Positions 45,590 to 58,902 of a stretch of 64,000 nucleotides of DNA are shown piece by piece. The notes beneath the pieces are model-generated. The model was not told where the DNA came from, searched no databases, and saw nothing but the letters and a program-made list of their open reading frames with translations. This DNA comes from the human T2T-CHM13v2.0 reference genome, Homo sapiens. Position 1 is the first letter of the stretch, and each line of letters begins with the position of its first letter. Position numbers and translations under genes: made by a program. The stretch lies in NCBI RefSeq assembly GCF_009914755.1, contig NC_060938.1. One strand, 5' to 3'.

Positions 45590-45940
45590 AAGTCAGAATG
45601 GGATCGGGATGCTCCAGAATAAACAAATCTCAATGGCTCAATACCACAAAGGTACACTTCTACCTTATAAAAAGACCACTGCAGGTCTGGTGACCCCCTC
45701 CCTGCTCCCAGGGCAGGTCCCTACACGGTGACCCAGTGTGATGCTTCCATAAAGACCAATGTTTTCCCAGTCACTGCAGCCAGCCAAGAGAGAGATGGCG
45801 ACACAGCACCAGTTAAATGCACCCACCGGGAAGTAACCCACCTTGCCACAGCCAAAGTTTCACTGGCTACAGCAAGCCACATGGGCACACCAAATGGCCA
45901 GAGGACAGAGTGTGTCTCTCCATTAGGAACAGCAGTAATG
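45590..45940. mobile_element. Old ERVL/MaLR LTR fragment (MLT1-like)
   Basis: aaatctcaatggctcaataccacaaagg…cactggctacagcaagccacatgggcacacc resembles old MLT1/LTR33 LTRs. Confidence 0.5.
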
Positions 45941-46510
45941 TCTGCACCCCTTTCATTGAGTTTTTTTCCCCCGAATTGACCGTCTGTTTCTTTGTTTGTT
46001 TTTCAAGTAATCCATTTTAATTATGAAATAGAGCACATTGTGTGAGCTGTGGTCAACAGGTATCCAAAATGTAAATCATGTGATTTCCAATATGCAAATC
46101 ATAACGCCAGGGGCAAGACTTTTCAAAACATCGCTCCCTCCCACGGAGTTGCATTTGCATTTTAAAGCACGAAAATAAATTTCTGAATGATTCGGTCATC
46201 ACCTCCAGCGAGGAAAAGCATAACCAAGAAAAACCTTAGCCAGAAATATCTTTTGACTTTTTATTTGCTGAGGTACAAAAGAGGGTGTTGGAATGAGTAG
46301 GCTGTGGAATCCGTTTATTCAGTGTAATCCACAGATCCGAAAACTGAGATAGGAGTTTAGAAGGAAATGATTTTTGAATAATACTGGGGGAAATGATGAG
46401 AAGAGCGTGTTTTCTTCACTCTAATACAGATATGCACTCTCTCTTTGATTCTATGACACCATTAAAGAGAAGCTGTGTCATCAGTTTAGTAGCTGGTTCT
46501 CCCAGTTGAC

Positions 46511-46811
<301 letters not shown>

Positions 46812-48490
46812 TAATGGTGGGCGTGTACATACACATATGGCACACACACACGCACACACTATGAAACACATTTAAATAAAACTTTACAGTATAACAGAGG
46901 GCTGTGGCCACACACATCACACATTGCTTTGTATGAGATAAGATCTGGTTTAAAAATAATGTTTGCAAAGACTAGAGGTTGCCTACGAACCCTGTCATAA
47001 GAGTCAGTGAATCAACTTGGATTGCTAGAAATAAAACCAGAATTGGACTTGATACTGCTGAGCTCCGTTTGGGGGGTCAGACATTCCTGCAGTATTCAGC
47101 TCTGTGGTCCACCCTCGAGGCCAAACTGTTTAGAGAACTCTCTACCAAGTTTAAACACATCTTTTAGGAATCCTGCCTCATTTATTTTGGGTGGAAAAAC
47201 ATGTCAAGTGCTGGTGCTGGAGCAGAAAACATCCTTCCTGCCACTTCTCGCTCATAGTCTGAGTTAACCTCTGACTCTGTGGACGCTTACTGAGCCTGTG
47301 CTGTGTGCATGGTGTACTGCCAGGCACTGTGGTTTGAGGCTAGAGCAGGGAATTCAGCCAGCCTTGGGTCTCCCCTTGTGGGATTTGCCTCTCCAGCCCA
47401 CTCTGGTGTCCTTGTCCTTAGGGTTAATAGACTGAGGTTACTGGTGGACTAAACAAGAATGTATACAGTAGGCACTGAAAAATGGCGGCTCCCCCTCCCC
47501 TAGGCCCTTTCACACACTCAGTTCCACATGACGCCCCCTTTAACCTATGTAGTCAATGTTATCATTCCATTTTATAGACGAGCAAATGGAGATTTAGAGA
47601 AATGGAGTGGCTTGCCCAAGGTCACACAGGGAGTAACTGAGACAGATGGGACTGAGACAGGTGCGCTGTCCCCAACCTGGGGTCACCCACCTCAGGAGGG
47701 TCAGAAAAGTGGCACTCTTTCCCAAAGAAGGGAGCTGGGTGTGGCGGTGGCTTGGGGGAAGGGCCTTTATCAGGACCCAAGCCCAGCAATCCCCTCTGAA
47801 CTTTTCGGGAGGAGGGAGAGGTCTCAGGGGGCACCTATGTTTGGAGCCTGGATGGAGGCTTGGCCCTGAGCCCAGCTATGTGGCGGAAGCACTAGCTTCA
47901 GGCAAGCCCTTTGCCTCTGGGGAGGTTTCCACAGGATGGGGTGGGGGCGGATGTGCAGCATGAAGAGAAACAGGAGTCTTCCTTGTAGCAGAAGCCGAGG
48001 ACTCAGGAGGTGCCGCCTAAGCCCCAGCATCTCTCTGGAGTGGTTTCCTGCTCGCCCGGGGACAACAGCCAAAGCCTGGTGCCCCGGCTCTACCCCATGG
48101 GCAGAGCTGGCTCAGTCGCACCCCACGCCCTGGGCCCCCTCCACGCAGCCCAGGGCCTCACACCATCCCCATTCTGCTGCTGGTGGATGCTTCTGTCAAC
48201 TTCATGCCTAAGAAGGCTGGCTGAGGCTGGCATAGAGCCTTGTCCTGTGTCCCCACCCCTCGAGCAGGGCTCCTCCCACCCAGGGCTCCCAGTTCTTCCT
48301 GGGGAGAGAAGCCCAAGTGGCCGGGTGCTCTGGTTTGTTGAGCATCTGCCGCGCCCTGCCCTGGGCGGCTCCTCCGCACTCCTGTTTGCTATCCTGTGCT
48401 TGCCTCCGCTCTATCGGGCGCTGTGCCCCATCTCACAAGGCCAGATACCCAGGATAAGCATGACTAAGGAGGTAGAAAAACAACCACCAC

Positions 48491-48654
48491 CCGGGCACCT
48501 GTAGTCCCAGCTACTCAGAAGGCTGAGGGAGGAGAATGGCGTGAACCCAGGAGGTGGAGCTTGCAGTGAGCCGAGATAGCGCCACTGCACTCCAGCCTTG
48601 GTGACAGAGCTAGACCCCGTCTCAAAAAAAAAAAAAAAAAAAAAAGGAAGAAAA
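48491..48654 (+). mobile_element. 5'-truncated AluY (right monomer only)
   Basis: ggagaatggcgtgaaccc…gagcttgcag; TSD gaaaaaca(ac/gt)caccac at 48475-48490 and 48655-48670. Confidence 0.88.
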
Positions 48655-49637
48655 GAAAAACAGTCACCACCTCTGGAAAAAAAATCATGAGCTCCGAACT
48701 CCCCTGGAAATGTATAGAAATGGCGAGGAGGGCACTGCGCATTCTTCCAGGCCTGGACCAAGGGACCAGCCTCTGGCCCAGGAGAAAGGCAGGCCCGGGG
48801 TGGCACAGATCGGCTCCAGATGTACAGGGCACATTTGGGGAATGGCAGCTGTCTGGCCTGATGGGGGGCAGGGGTCTGAGGGGGAAGGAGAAACTCTATC
48901 CTAAAGTGGGTTTGGGGCCACCTCGGTTGCCCAGTTGGGGGGTGGCATGTTGGGTAGACAGTGGAGAAGGGTGGATGTCCTATGGGTGAGGGGCTGTCAG
49001 AGACCCAAGGAACATCCTTTCTGTGTCTATTCATGTCTCATTCACCAAACCCAGGTCTGCACTGCACCAGGGCTGGGCTGCGCCTTAGGAATTCATGGGG
49101 CGAGCAGGGTGAGCTTCAGGGTCAGGCTTGGGCCCGCTTCTTATCTACTCTCTGCAGGGGCTCGGAGTAAGGACACCTGCCAGTCACTGGGAGGCCTGAG
49201 TGGAAGCCACCAAGCCCACCCCTGGCCACACGGGGACTTGGTGCTGCCCCAGGGGTCCCGCTGCAGGGTCAGCAATGCACGGGAAGGGGCCTCATCTCAC
49301 CTTAGACACTTGGAAAGCCACCCCCTCCTGGACTTTCTTCCTTTTCTTTCCATCTTGAAACACTGAGCTGGTTGAGAGAGGGTAAAGACTTGGCAATGAC
49401 CGAAAACCAGGGATGAGGTGCCCTAAAGAGGTTCCCTTAGGGCCGACAGCTGTGACATCCATGAGATCATGCGTGCCTGGGTGCCTGGGAGGAGCCCCAC
49501 TCACTGCCAAGGCGGAATTCGCCCGGGATGCCCGGGCAGGAGGTGTGGCTGCAGCCAGGATTCCCGGGGCCCTGCAGGGTCTGTCAGGTGACCCTAGCTA
49601 AGAGCCTGTCACAGGGATGGCATCGCTGCTCTGGGAA

Positions 49638-49685
49638 AGCCCCTGCCCGCAGCCCCAGGACAGCCCCTGCCCGCAGCCCCAGGCC
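49638..49685. repeat. 24-bp tandem duplication (AGCCCCTGCCCGCAGCCCCAGG..)
   Basis: Direct read. Confidence 0.8.
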
Positions 49686-49879
49686 TGCCCACTCAGAGCA
49701 TGTGGGGTCCTGGGATCCGGAGCTTGCCCCGAGGCTGCGGGAATATGTGGGGTGAGTGGTACTCACGTTTCTCCCCGGTTTCTGGGAGGAAAAGGGAGGG
49801 GCCAGCGATGCTCAAGGCTGCAGCTTTATAGAAAGTGTCCTGGGTTCCAATCCTGGCTTTGTTATCTTTTTTTTTTTGT

Positions 49880-50880
49880 CTCAGTGACACCTTTGTTGAG
49901 ATGTATTATATAATTCACACATTTAGACCCAGCGCAGTGACTCACACCTGCCATCCCAGCACTTTGGGAGGCCAAGGCAGGAGGATCCCTTGAGTCCAGG
50001 AGTTCAAGACCAGCCTGTGCAACAAGTTCAAGGCTGTAGTGAGTCATGATCGCTCCACTGCACTCCAGCCTGGGCAACAGAGCGAGACCCTGTCTCAAAA
50101 AAAAGAAAGAAACTAAAAATAAATAAATCACACATTTAAAAGTATATATCCAGTGGTTGTTAGTATATTCAGAGTTGTGCAACCATCACCACAATCAAAT
50201 TTAGAACACTTCCATCGTCCACGGAAAAATCCAATACCCATTAGTAGCGACCCCTTCTAGCTTCCTCCCCACAGCCCTTGGCAAACACTCGTCCACTTTG
50301 TTTCTGTAGATTTGCGTATTCTGCATTTTTCATATGAGTGGAATCCTGTAACACGTGGCCTTTTGTGCCTGGATTCTCTCGCTTAGGAAACATTTTTGGG
50401 TTCATTCGTGTTGGAGCCTGTATCCATCTTCATTCATTCCTATTGCCGATTAATACCCCAGCATATGGATATACCATGTTTCACCCGTCTGTTCACCAGT
50501 GGACGGACATTTGGGTTATTTCCACGCTTTGGCCATGATGAGTAACGCTGCTATGAACACTCGTGTACCAGTTTCTGTGTGAACATCTGTTTTCATTTCC
50601 CCTGGGTGCACACCGGGAAGCGGGATCGCCGGATCATACGGTGACTCTATGTTGAGCATTTTGAGGAACCGCCAGGCTGTTTCCAGCGGTGGCTGCGCCA
50701 TTTTCCCTTCCCACCTGCGGGGCATGCTGGCTCTGACTCCTCACATCTTCACCGGCACCTGTTACTGTCTTCTCGCCCCCCCAGCCATCCTAGTGGTGTG
50801 AAGTGGTATCTCACTGAGGTTTTCATTTGCATTTCCCTAGTGTCCAATGGTGCTGAGCATTTTTTCACGTGCTTATTGGG
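49880..50880 (-). mobile_element. L1MB-like 3' fragment containing an internally deleted Alu (49926-50126, +)
   Basis: Antisense L1 3' text; Alu TSD tcacacattta. Confidence 0.78.
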
Positions 50881-52519
50881 CACCACCTCTTGGCTTTGCC
50901 ACCTTAAGTCTCGGTTTTCATATCTGTAAAATAGGGACAATGACAGCACCTGCCTCACAGACTGTGATGAGGGCTCAGTGAGATAATGTCAGGGTCCTGG
51001 GACATTTGCTGCTTGAAGCTGCAGGCTGGGGTTAGGGTCCTTCCTCTGAAAGCTGGTATGAGGGAGGGACATGGAGAAAGCTGGAAGCCTGGAGGTTTCT
51101 GTGAGCCCCAAACCCATGTAGACAGGGACAAACATCAGTAGCGAGGGAGCTGACTTACCAGCCCAGCCCTGGGTGATTTCTGCTGGAGCTCTGATGCTCT
51201 GCTGTTCTGCGGCAGGCCGAGTGACCCCGACATGTCTACACAGCCCCAGTGAAATGCAGATGGCACACGTTCAATGCAGACAGGCTCAGCCCATCACATG
51301 GGCTTCTAATTTTTCTCATGGGGAATTATTGGGCCTCTGCCCCTTGGCTGCTCCCCGATGGGGTGACATCGTGCTCCTTGGACTTGCTGTGACCGGCTTT
51401 GCCAAGCTTGTGTCTGTCAGTGGAGAGCTCTGGAAGTCAGCCAGGAGTGTCCTCCCGCGAGGTTGGCTCTTTCTGCCCCTTATCAGGGAACTTCTGGTGG
51501 AGGTGCCGATGGTCAGGCCGATTGTGTGGCCGTCACCTGAGCCTGGAGCCAGGCGGGAGGTAAGGGAGTACCACCAGCCTGTCACGGGTGGAAAACAAAT
51601 CCATCTCTAACAGCAGGCTCACTAGGTTGCCCCGGAGGGAACAATTCACGTTCGATGCTGGAATCCCGTGGGAGAAGAGCGGAGAGGCTCCCCTGGTGGC
51701 CCCCGGATGTTCAGTTGAGTCTGCAGTCTGGGAAAAGCAGGTCAGATGCGATGAGGACTCCAGGCTCCAGGGAGAGGTGCTGGCAGCACATGGGGGCAGG
51801 TGGGGGTCCCAGGCTGTTTCTGGGCCCTGCTGCTATGTCCTCACCCAGCTGGGGCCACAGTAGAAAGTCAGGGAGGGGAGCATGACTGAGGAATCAGACA
51901 GATTGCTTTGGCATTCAAGCTCGCCACCAAGTGCTGTGTGATCTTTGCAAGTCAGATAACCTCTCTGGGCCTTTGTATCCTTGTGTGCAAAACAAAGCTG
52001 ATGACACCTTATAGGGTGCTTGCTACACATGAACTATCACCCGTATTCAAGGGCACAGTGGGGGGATCAGGGTGGGCTTTCATTTTAGGTCGAGTCCCCT
52101 GAAAAGCAGAGCTTCTATTCCATGGATGTGGCCTCCTAAGACAGTCACTCAGGAGAAAGCTGTGAAGGAGGGAGGAAGGCAGGATGGGTTCTAGGTGGAG
52201 TCCAGCTTGATTTTGTTCATAGTCACCTCCACCACCCCGAGTCTAACCCGATCGCCCCTCAGTTCAGGGCTTCGACCTCTGCCCTTGAAGGAAGCATCCA
52301 TGGAAGGCTGGGGTGGCCTGGGGGAGAGGTCTCCCTGCTCAGAAGCCAGAGCCTGGCTCAGAGACGATGCTCCACAGGCATTAGCTCCCTCGCCTTCCAC
52401 CTCCAGGCCTCGGTTTCCCCCCCTGTGAAATGAACTGGCTGGAGCAAATGTTTTTAAAGACCTTCCAGTGTAGTAATAGCCTCTTTTCTTAAAAAAGAAA
52501 ATTAAAAGAAACTACCCAA

Positions 52520-53400
52520 GCAATCATTCCCTTAGCCACCCATCACATCCCAAGCACCTACTGCTAGCCAGGCCACTGCTGGGTCCTGGGGTACAGAGGA
52601 CAGTCTGCCCCTCACCTGCCTCCAGGAGCTCACAGCAGATGGACAAGCAGACGGACAATGAGAGCCCCGTGTGCCATGTACTGTGACCTGAGAACCACAG
52701 GGGGGTGGGCAGGGCAGCCTTCCTGGAGGAGTAGCCCTGAGTCAGGTCTTGAGGCACAAGTGGGAGGTAACAAGGGGCCACTGCATGGAGGGTCCTGGGT
52801 GACCCAGCACGGAAGCAGAGGCAGCAGCAGCTGCTGAATGGTCAATCAGCCATTCGACTAACATTTACTGATCAGCTGCAGACAAAGATGACAGTATGAT
52901 TCCCGTCCTTGGGGGCAGACTCTTGGAGCAGGGGAGGTGTCATGCAGAAAACGGACAAGATAAATACAAAGCCCATAGTGTGTGTGATGGTAAGGAGGGT
53001 GCTAAGGATGGGGTATCGTGAATCAGGGACGGGGTGTCAGAACAGGGCTATGGAGAGAGGCCTGGATACTCGAGAAGGACCTCAGGGATGTGAAAGACCG
53101 GGCCATGGAGCTTCTGAGAAAAGGATGTTCCTGGCAGAAGAGGCAGCTGGTGCAAAGGCCCTGAGTTGAGAGTGTCTGGTCTTTTCAAGGAAGAGCAGCA
53201 AGGTCAGTTTGGGCAGAGTGAACCCCAGAACCGGGGCGGAAGACGAGCTTAGACAGGAGGGGTTGGGAAGACCCACAGGGGTCTATCTGCAGTCTGAAAA
53301 GGATATTGGTATTGACCCTGGGTGAGAAGGGAGCCAGGGAGGGTTTTGGGCAGAGGAGTGACAGGACCTCACATCCGTTTTACGGGCACGTGGCAGCAGG
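52520..53400 (-). mobile_element. L2 fragments
   Basis: cattcgactaacatttactga…, gttcctggcagaagaggcagctggtgcaaaggccctgag. Confidence 0.6.
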
Positions 53401-53799
53401 AGGGAATGTTCATTCTCAGCGAGTCTGAGCATCAGAAGATAAGAGGAGGCAAACCCAAGGCTGTTTTGCCAGCCCTTGCTGGAGGCATCCATCACAGCGC
53501 CCCAGATGCCGTTACTCCAGAGACACCGTTAATCGCCCCACCGCGCAGGGCTGATGTTTAATATGCCATCAGCTGGCTTTCTTGGTTCAAACACACTGAG
53601 AGCTCCCAGTTCTTTGCCTCGAGACAGCACCAGCAGCATAGCCCCCAGAGAAGCATTTCCCTTCTTATGTACCCAGGAGGACACTCGAAATTCCAAGTCC
53701 TTGTCCCTAGATTCCCCCAAGGCAAGGTCTGGAAATGATGACACACACCCACAGTCCTACACACATAAACACACTCTCAGACACACTCATCACCAACGC

Positions 53800-53896
53800 C
53801 AGGGTCGCCGGGCGGAATGCAGGACGTCCAGCTGAATTTGAATTTCAGATAAACAACAACTGTTTTGTGGAAGTGGAAGCATGTCCCAAATATTGC
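53800..53896. mobile_element. Half MER53 palindromic MITE
   Basis: cagggtcgcc…gcaggacgtccagctgaatttgaatttcagataaacaac…atgtcccaaatattgc matches one arm of MER53; the second arm is missing. Confidence 0.75.
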
Positions 53897-56800
53897 TCCT
53901 TCTTGGCAGCTAAGGAATCTCCCCTGAATTGCCCCTACACCCCAGCACCTCCAGGCCAGCAGAAAGTGTCCTGGTCCCCTGGGTGCAGGAAGGCTGTGCC
54001 CAAGGAGCCAGCTGCCTGCTGAGGTGCCCCCTGGGGAGAGGGTGCTGTCCCAGGGAAGCAGTGCCTGCCTTGGGGCTTGGGACTCAGCTGCCGCCACGGG
54101 GCCTCCAGACCCTGACCCTTGGTAGCTGGTAAACCACAGCTTTCAGGGGCCAATGGTCTTCCTGTGTGGCTTCCCAGCCCCCTTTAAGGAAGTGATTTAT
54201 GGCTCTGAGAAAACAGGGTCAGTCGGGAGGAAGCACAGGGGGCCTGGTTTCCTTTAGAAAATACACATTAAAAAATACACAGTTTTAAACAGCAGGTTTT
54301 TTTTTAATGATGAAACCTGAATAAGGAAACAAACGCTACACTGTATGAATCAGGAAAGAACTATCCCAGGAAGCTGGAAGGCAGGGCGTGCAATGAAAGA
54401 ACGAGGCCTCTGACTTGAGGCAGCCCTGGCTTTTATTCCCCGCCCTGGCATCTATGGGCAAGTGGCTGCACCTGGCCCAGCCTCAGTTTCCCTCAGGATG
54501 GCCATAAGAGGGAAGCAGCGAAGCCGGCACAGTGGGCAGGACACATGTGGAGGGGTCTTGCAAAGACACCTGAGGTTGATGCCTCATCCCGCAGGGAAGC
54601 AGCCGCAGCCCCCACCCCCCTACCCACACCCCCCGCACCCCCGCCGCCCCCCCACCCCCCACTGCCCCCGCACCTGCTTTCCGAGGGGCATTTCATCTCC
54701 ACCCAGTGGCCATGGTTGGCGCTTCAGCTAACAAGACACTTCAGGGGGAAGTCCTCATTGCAATTAAGTCCGAACCTCCTGGCCTGGTAATGCTGGCCCT
54801 CCCTGGGGGGTCAAGCGGATCCCTGTGGGCCCCTCCGGCCTCCCTGCCCAGGACCCGCCCTCACCTCCACAGCCCAGGCAGATGGATTCTCCACACACTG
54901 CTCAGTGTTTCTCACCTGGTGCCTGTCAGCACCCATCTCCCTTCCTGGAACACCTTGTGGTCCCCAGCAAAGCCCTCCTTCACTCCCTCTACTCCCTCCC
55001 TGGCAGGGAGGGGCCTCCTCTGTATGGTGACAGCCAGTAAGTAGCCTCCATCGCTCGTGAGGTCCGTGTCTGCGTCTGCCTGATAGACGGTGAGCGTCTG
55101 AGGGCAGGGTCGGTGTCTGAGTCATCTCTACCCCAGCCCTGGCACATAGTAGGTGCTCAGTGGGGGTCTTGCTATTTCTCTGTTGCTGCTTGTTGCCATT
55201 CTTCCTTTAGAAAGTGCTTAGGGAAAATTGCTGTCTGCAAGGCTGCTTACAAAAACCATCCTGTTTTCTCTTCCCCACAACCGCATCAGCTAGGTGGTAT
55301 TATCATCCCCAGTGTACGGACCAGGAGATGGAGGCTCAGAGTGGATCATCACACAGCTACTCCATGGAGGCAGAGGCTCCACTGCTAGGCTGCCAGGTGG
55401 CAAAGCCAGAGGGCTTTCCAACAAGGGCCCCCCACCCCAGGTCTGTGTCTAAGACCCTCATTGGCTCTGCTGCTGCATCACTGGCAGCTCCTGGATAAAT
55501 CCTTCCCCTCTCTGGGACTCAGTTTCCTGATCTGTGAAATGGGGGAAGCTGCAGTTGCTGATCTCTAAAGTGGCTCAACCCTGGGTTGCGAGGACACAGA
55601 CGTTGCTGGCCTTTGTTGGACCCCTGGCATCCCTGGAGTGCCAGCCTTCTGAAGATGTTTATCTGTCCCAGCACTAAGCTGCTTCTTGTGACATCATCTT
55701 AATCCTGTCTCAGGCGGTGACATCACCAGCTTGGCGGGGTCGGCCAGGGCAAGGAGGGGGCCCCATCTCCCAGCCTGGCATGCCACCTCCCCTGCCCCCT
55801 GCCTCCCCCCACGGTGGCACGCATGGCGTTTGAAGCTATGGGAGTCCTCTGGGGGTGCAAAGGGCTCCACCAGACCTCTGGGTGGGGCCGTGACTCCCAG
55901 ACCAGCCTGCCTGGCTCCCTGTGTGGGAGGAGTAGGTTACAGACGGACCTCCCAGGACCCACTTTGGTGGTCTTGAATTTTGGTTCTCTGCTTTCAACTT
56001 CTGTTTGACTCAACTGTACAGCTGGAGATAGAGGCGTGGGCAGGCAGGGTTTGCATGCATCAACTCACTTCTTCCGAGTTTTGTTTTGAGGACAAATGAG
56101 TCAGCTTGGCACCCCGGCACAGGGCAGAGAGCACTGGCAAAGCCCTCTACCAGCTGCGTTATCTCAGCACGTCTCTCAGCCTCGCCAAGCCTCAGTTTCC
56201 TCACCTATAACGTGGGATGAGGACTATGGAGCCCACGCAGTGCTGGAGAAACTTCTCCAGGTCATGCCTGTGAAGCTTGGCCTGAGAGAGGGGCTCAGAG
56301 GAGCTGTTGCCTCCCCCGCCCCATGATCCGGAGACAGCAGGCACCTGCCTCTCGTGTCCATGCAGCATTACAGGAGGGGACAGGTGGCCGTGAGGAAAAG
56401 CTGTAAACCTAACCAGCTGTAATCCCGCTAATGGTTTATCTTCTTTTCATGAGAAGGAGGCCCAGCATCCTACACGGGGCAGGGAACAACAGGCCTTTGT
56501 GTTCTTTTGGGAAATGGGATGGAGCTCAGAAGAAAAGTCAGGCGTTGGTGCCTTATCTTTCCTGGCAAAGCTGGGGCCTCTGGGCCCAATCCCTGCTGGC
56601 AACCAAAGGGTGGCATGAATAATGGAAAGGCTGGCATGCAGCTTCCAGGCACCCAGCCGGTGACAGGAGCTGAAGGAGATGGACCGTGGAGGACAGGCAG
56701 CCTCCAGCAGCCTTGGGGGCCTGGAGGCCCCGGGGAGCCTGGGGCTGCCGGAGGGGCCTGAGAGGCGCTATGCTGATGCTGCCAGAGAGTCAGGGGTCTC

Positions 56801-58072
56801 TGTGTCAGCGTCACTTTGAAGCTTATATCTCAGGTCCCACACGCTGTGTGTCCTTGGGCAAGTCACTTGATCTCTCTCAGCCCTCCTCTTCTTGCTGTGA
56901 CATCCTCATCTGGTGGTTGTGGCGGCTCCAGAAGAGAGGCTACCAAGTGCCTAGTGCACAGTGGGTGCTTAGTGGTGCCAGCTGTGGAGGGGAGAGCTGG
57001 GGGCAAAGGAGCAGCTAAAGATGTTGGTTCCTGTCCTGGCTGTGGACTGGCTGTGTGGCGCTGGACCAGCCTCTTTCCCATTCCGTGGTCACTTGCCCTC
57101 CTGGGGAACAGGGTGCCTCTCTGGATCCCCAAGTCTGCAGAACCCCAATTCTAATTCACACAGATGCTGACTGCTGGCTCCATGCCAACCCCCGCAAGGG
57201 GCAGGGTGGGGAAACTGTGTTGTGTGCATGGTAGGTGTGCGGGGACCAAGCGGGAGCTGCAAGAGGAAGTGTGGCCTGAGGAGGCAGGGGGCAGGAGCCT
57301 GGCCCTGGACCCACCCTGGAGCAGGTCCCTGGCCCAGGGTAGCACAGGGCTACTTCACAGGCGAGGAACCCGAGGCTTAGATAAGCTCAAGGAACCCGCC
57401 CAGGGTCCCCTGCCGGCAAGTGGCAGAGTGTAGCTCCCATGGCCACACGTGTGGCCCACAGCCCCTCGCCTAGCCAGGATGGCTCCGCAAGAGGACAACA
57501 TCTCACCCCAGGATGGCTTTCAGGGAAATGCAGCCAAGAAGGGGAGTTGTGCTGGGTGGGGTCACCAGGGTGCCCAGAAGCCAGCTCTCCAAGGTCAGCA
57601 AGTGCTGGGCCCCAGAGAAGGACCCCAGGAGGCGACTGCAGGTGGCACATCTGATGGCATCAGGGTTGGGGGCACTGACCAATGCCAGTCCCTTCCGACT
57701 TAAGGGGGTTTGGTGGTGGGGGCAGGGTCAGGCAGCATGACCCATACTGGTCATCGGGTGGCAGCCCTGGCTCTGCCCTGCTGATGTAGCAAGGCGGGAG
57801 GCAGAGGCTGACCAGCAAGGCCACTCCGGCCTATTGCTGTGAGTCACCGCCTGGCTCAAGGCCCAGGCAAAGGCCGCGGGAGGCCTCTGTCTGGGGTTCC
57901 CACAGTGAATGGCTCATCGGTTCCTTGGTGTTCCTGGTGGGCTTTGGGGAAACCTTTACTTCAGATAACAGAGTGAGTAGGTAGATGGTTTGGAGCCCTA
58001 TGACAGTCTAAGCCTATACCTAAAGAATGGTGGGGTCATCGACCCAATTTCTAGCACCTAAAACCTTTGGCC

Positions 58073-58216
58073 CAGGGGTTCTCAAACGCTGGTGGGCACT
58101 GCAGTCGCCTGGAGGTGGGGAGGTGTTTGTTAAAAAATTACACCTTCCCGAGCCCCCACACCTGTGGAATCTGAATCTTGGGGCTCTGGTGTGATTCCCG
58201 TGCCCCCAGTGTTTGA
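58073..58216. mobile_element. MER5-like hAT MITE
   Basis: caggggttctcaaac terminus. Confidence 0.5.
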
Positions 58217-58424
58217 AGTTCAGTGTGTCAGGCACCCTCAGACACATTCACAAAGACTCTCAACCCCCCTCTCACGTCCCCTTTCCTGTGTTCCCAGCCT
58301 CACACATCCGCACGCGGCCCGCACTCTCACAGGGCGCGTATACACTCATCTGCATGGACTCACATCCACAAGGATGCGCGTGCTCCTGTGCCCACAATGA
58401 CACGCGGTTCTACACACACATCCC

Positions 58425-58902
<478 letters not shown>

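Noticed and set aside
51173-51610. 145-aa ORF with a strong donor-like GAG|GTAAGG near 51559
   Set aside because: Non-ATG start, no recognisable protein and no clear acceptor; cannot be supported as an exon from sequence alone
53800-53896. MER53-derived miRNA hairpin (miR-1302-type)
   Set aside because: Only one arm of the palindrome remains, so no hairpin can form
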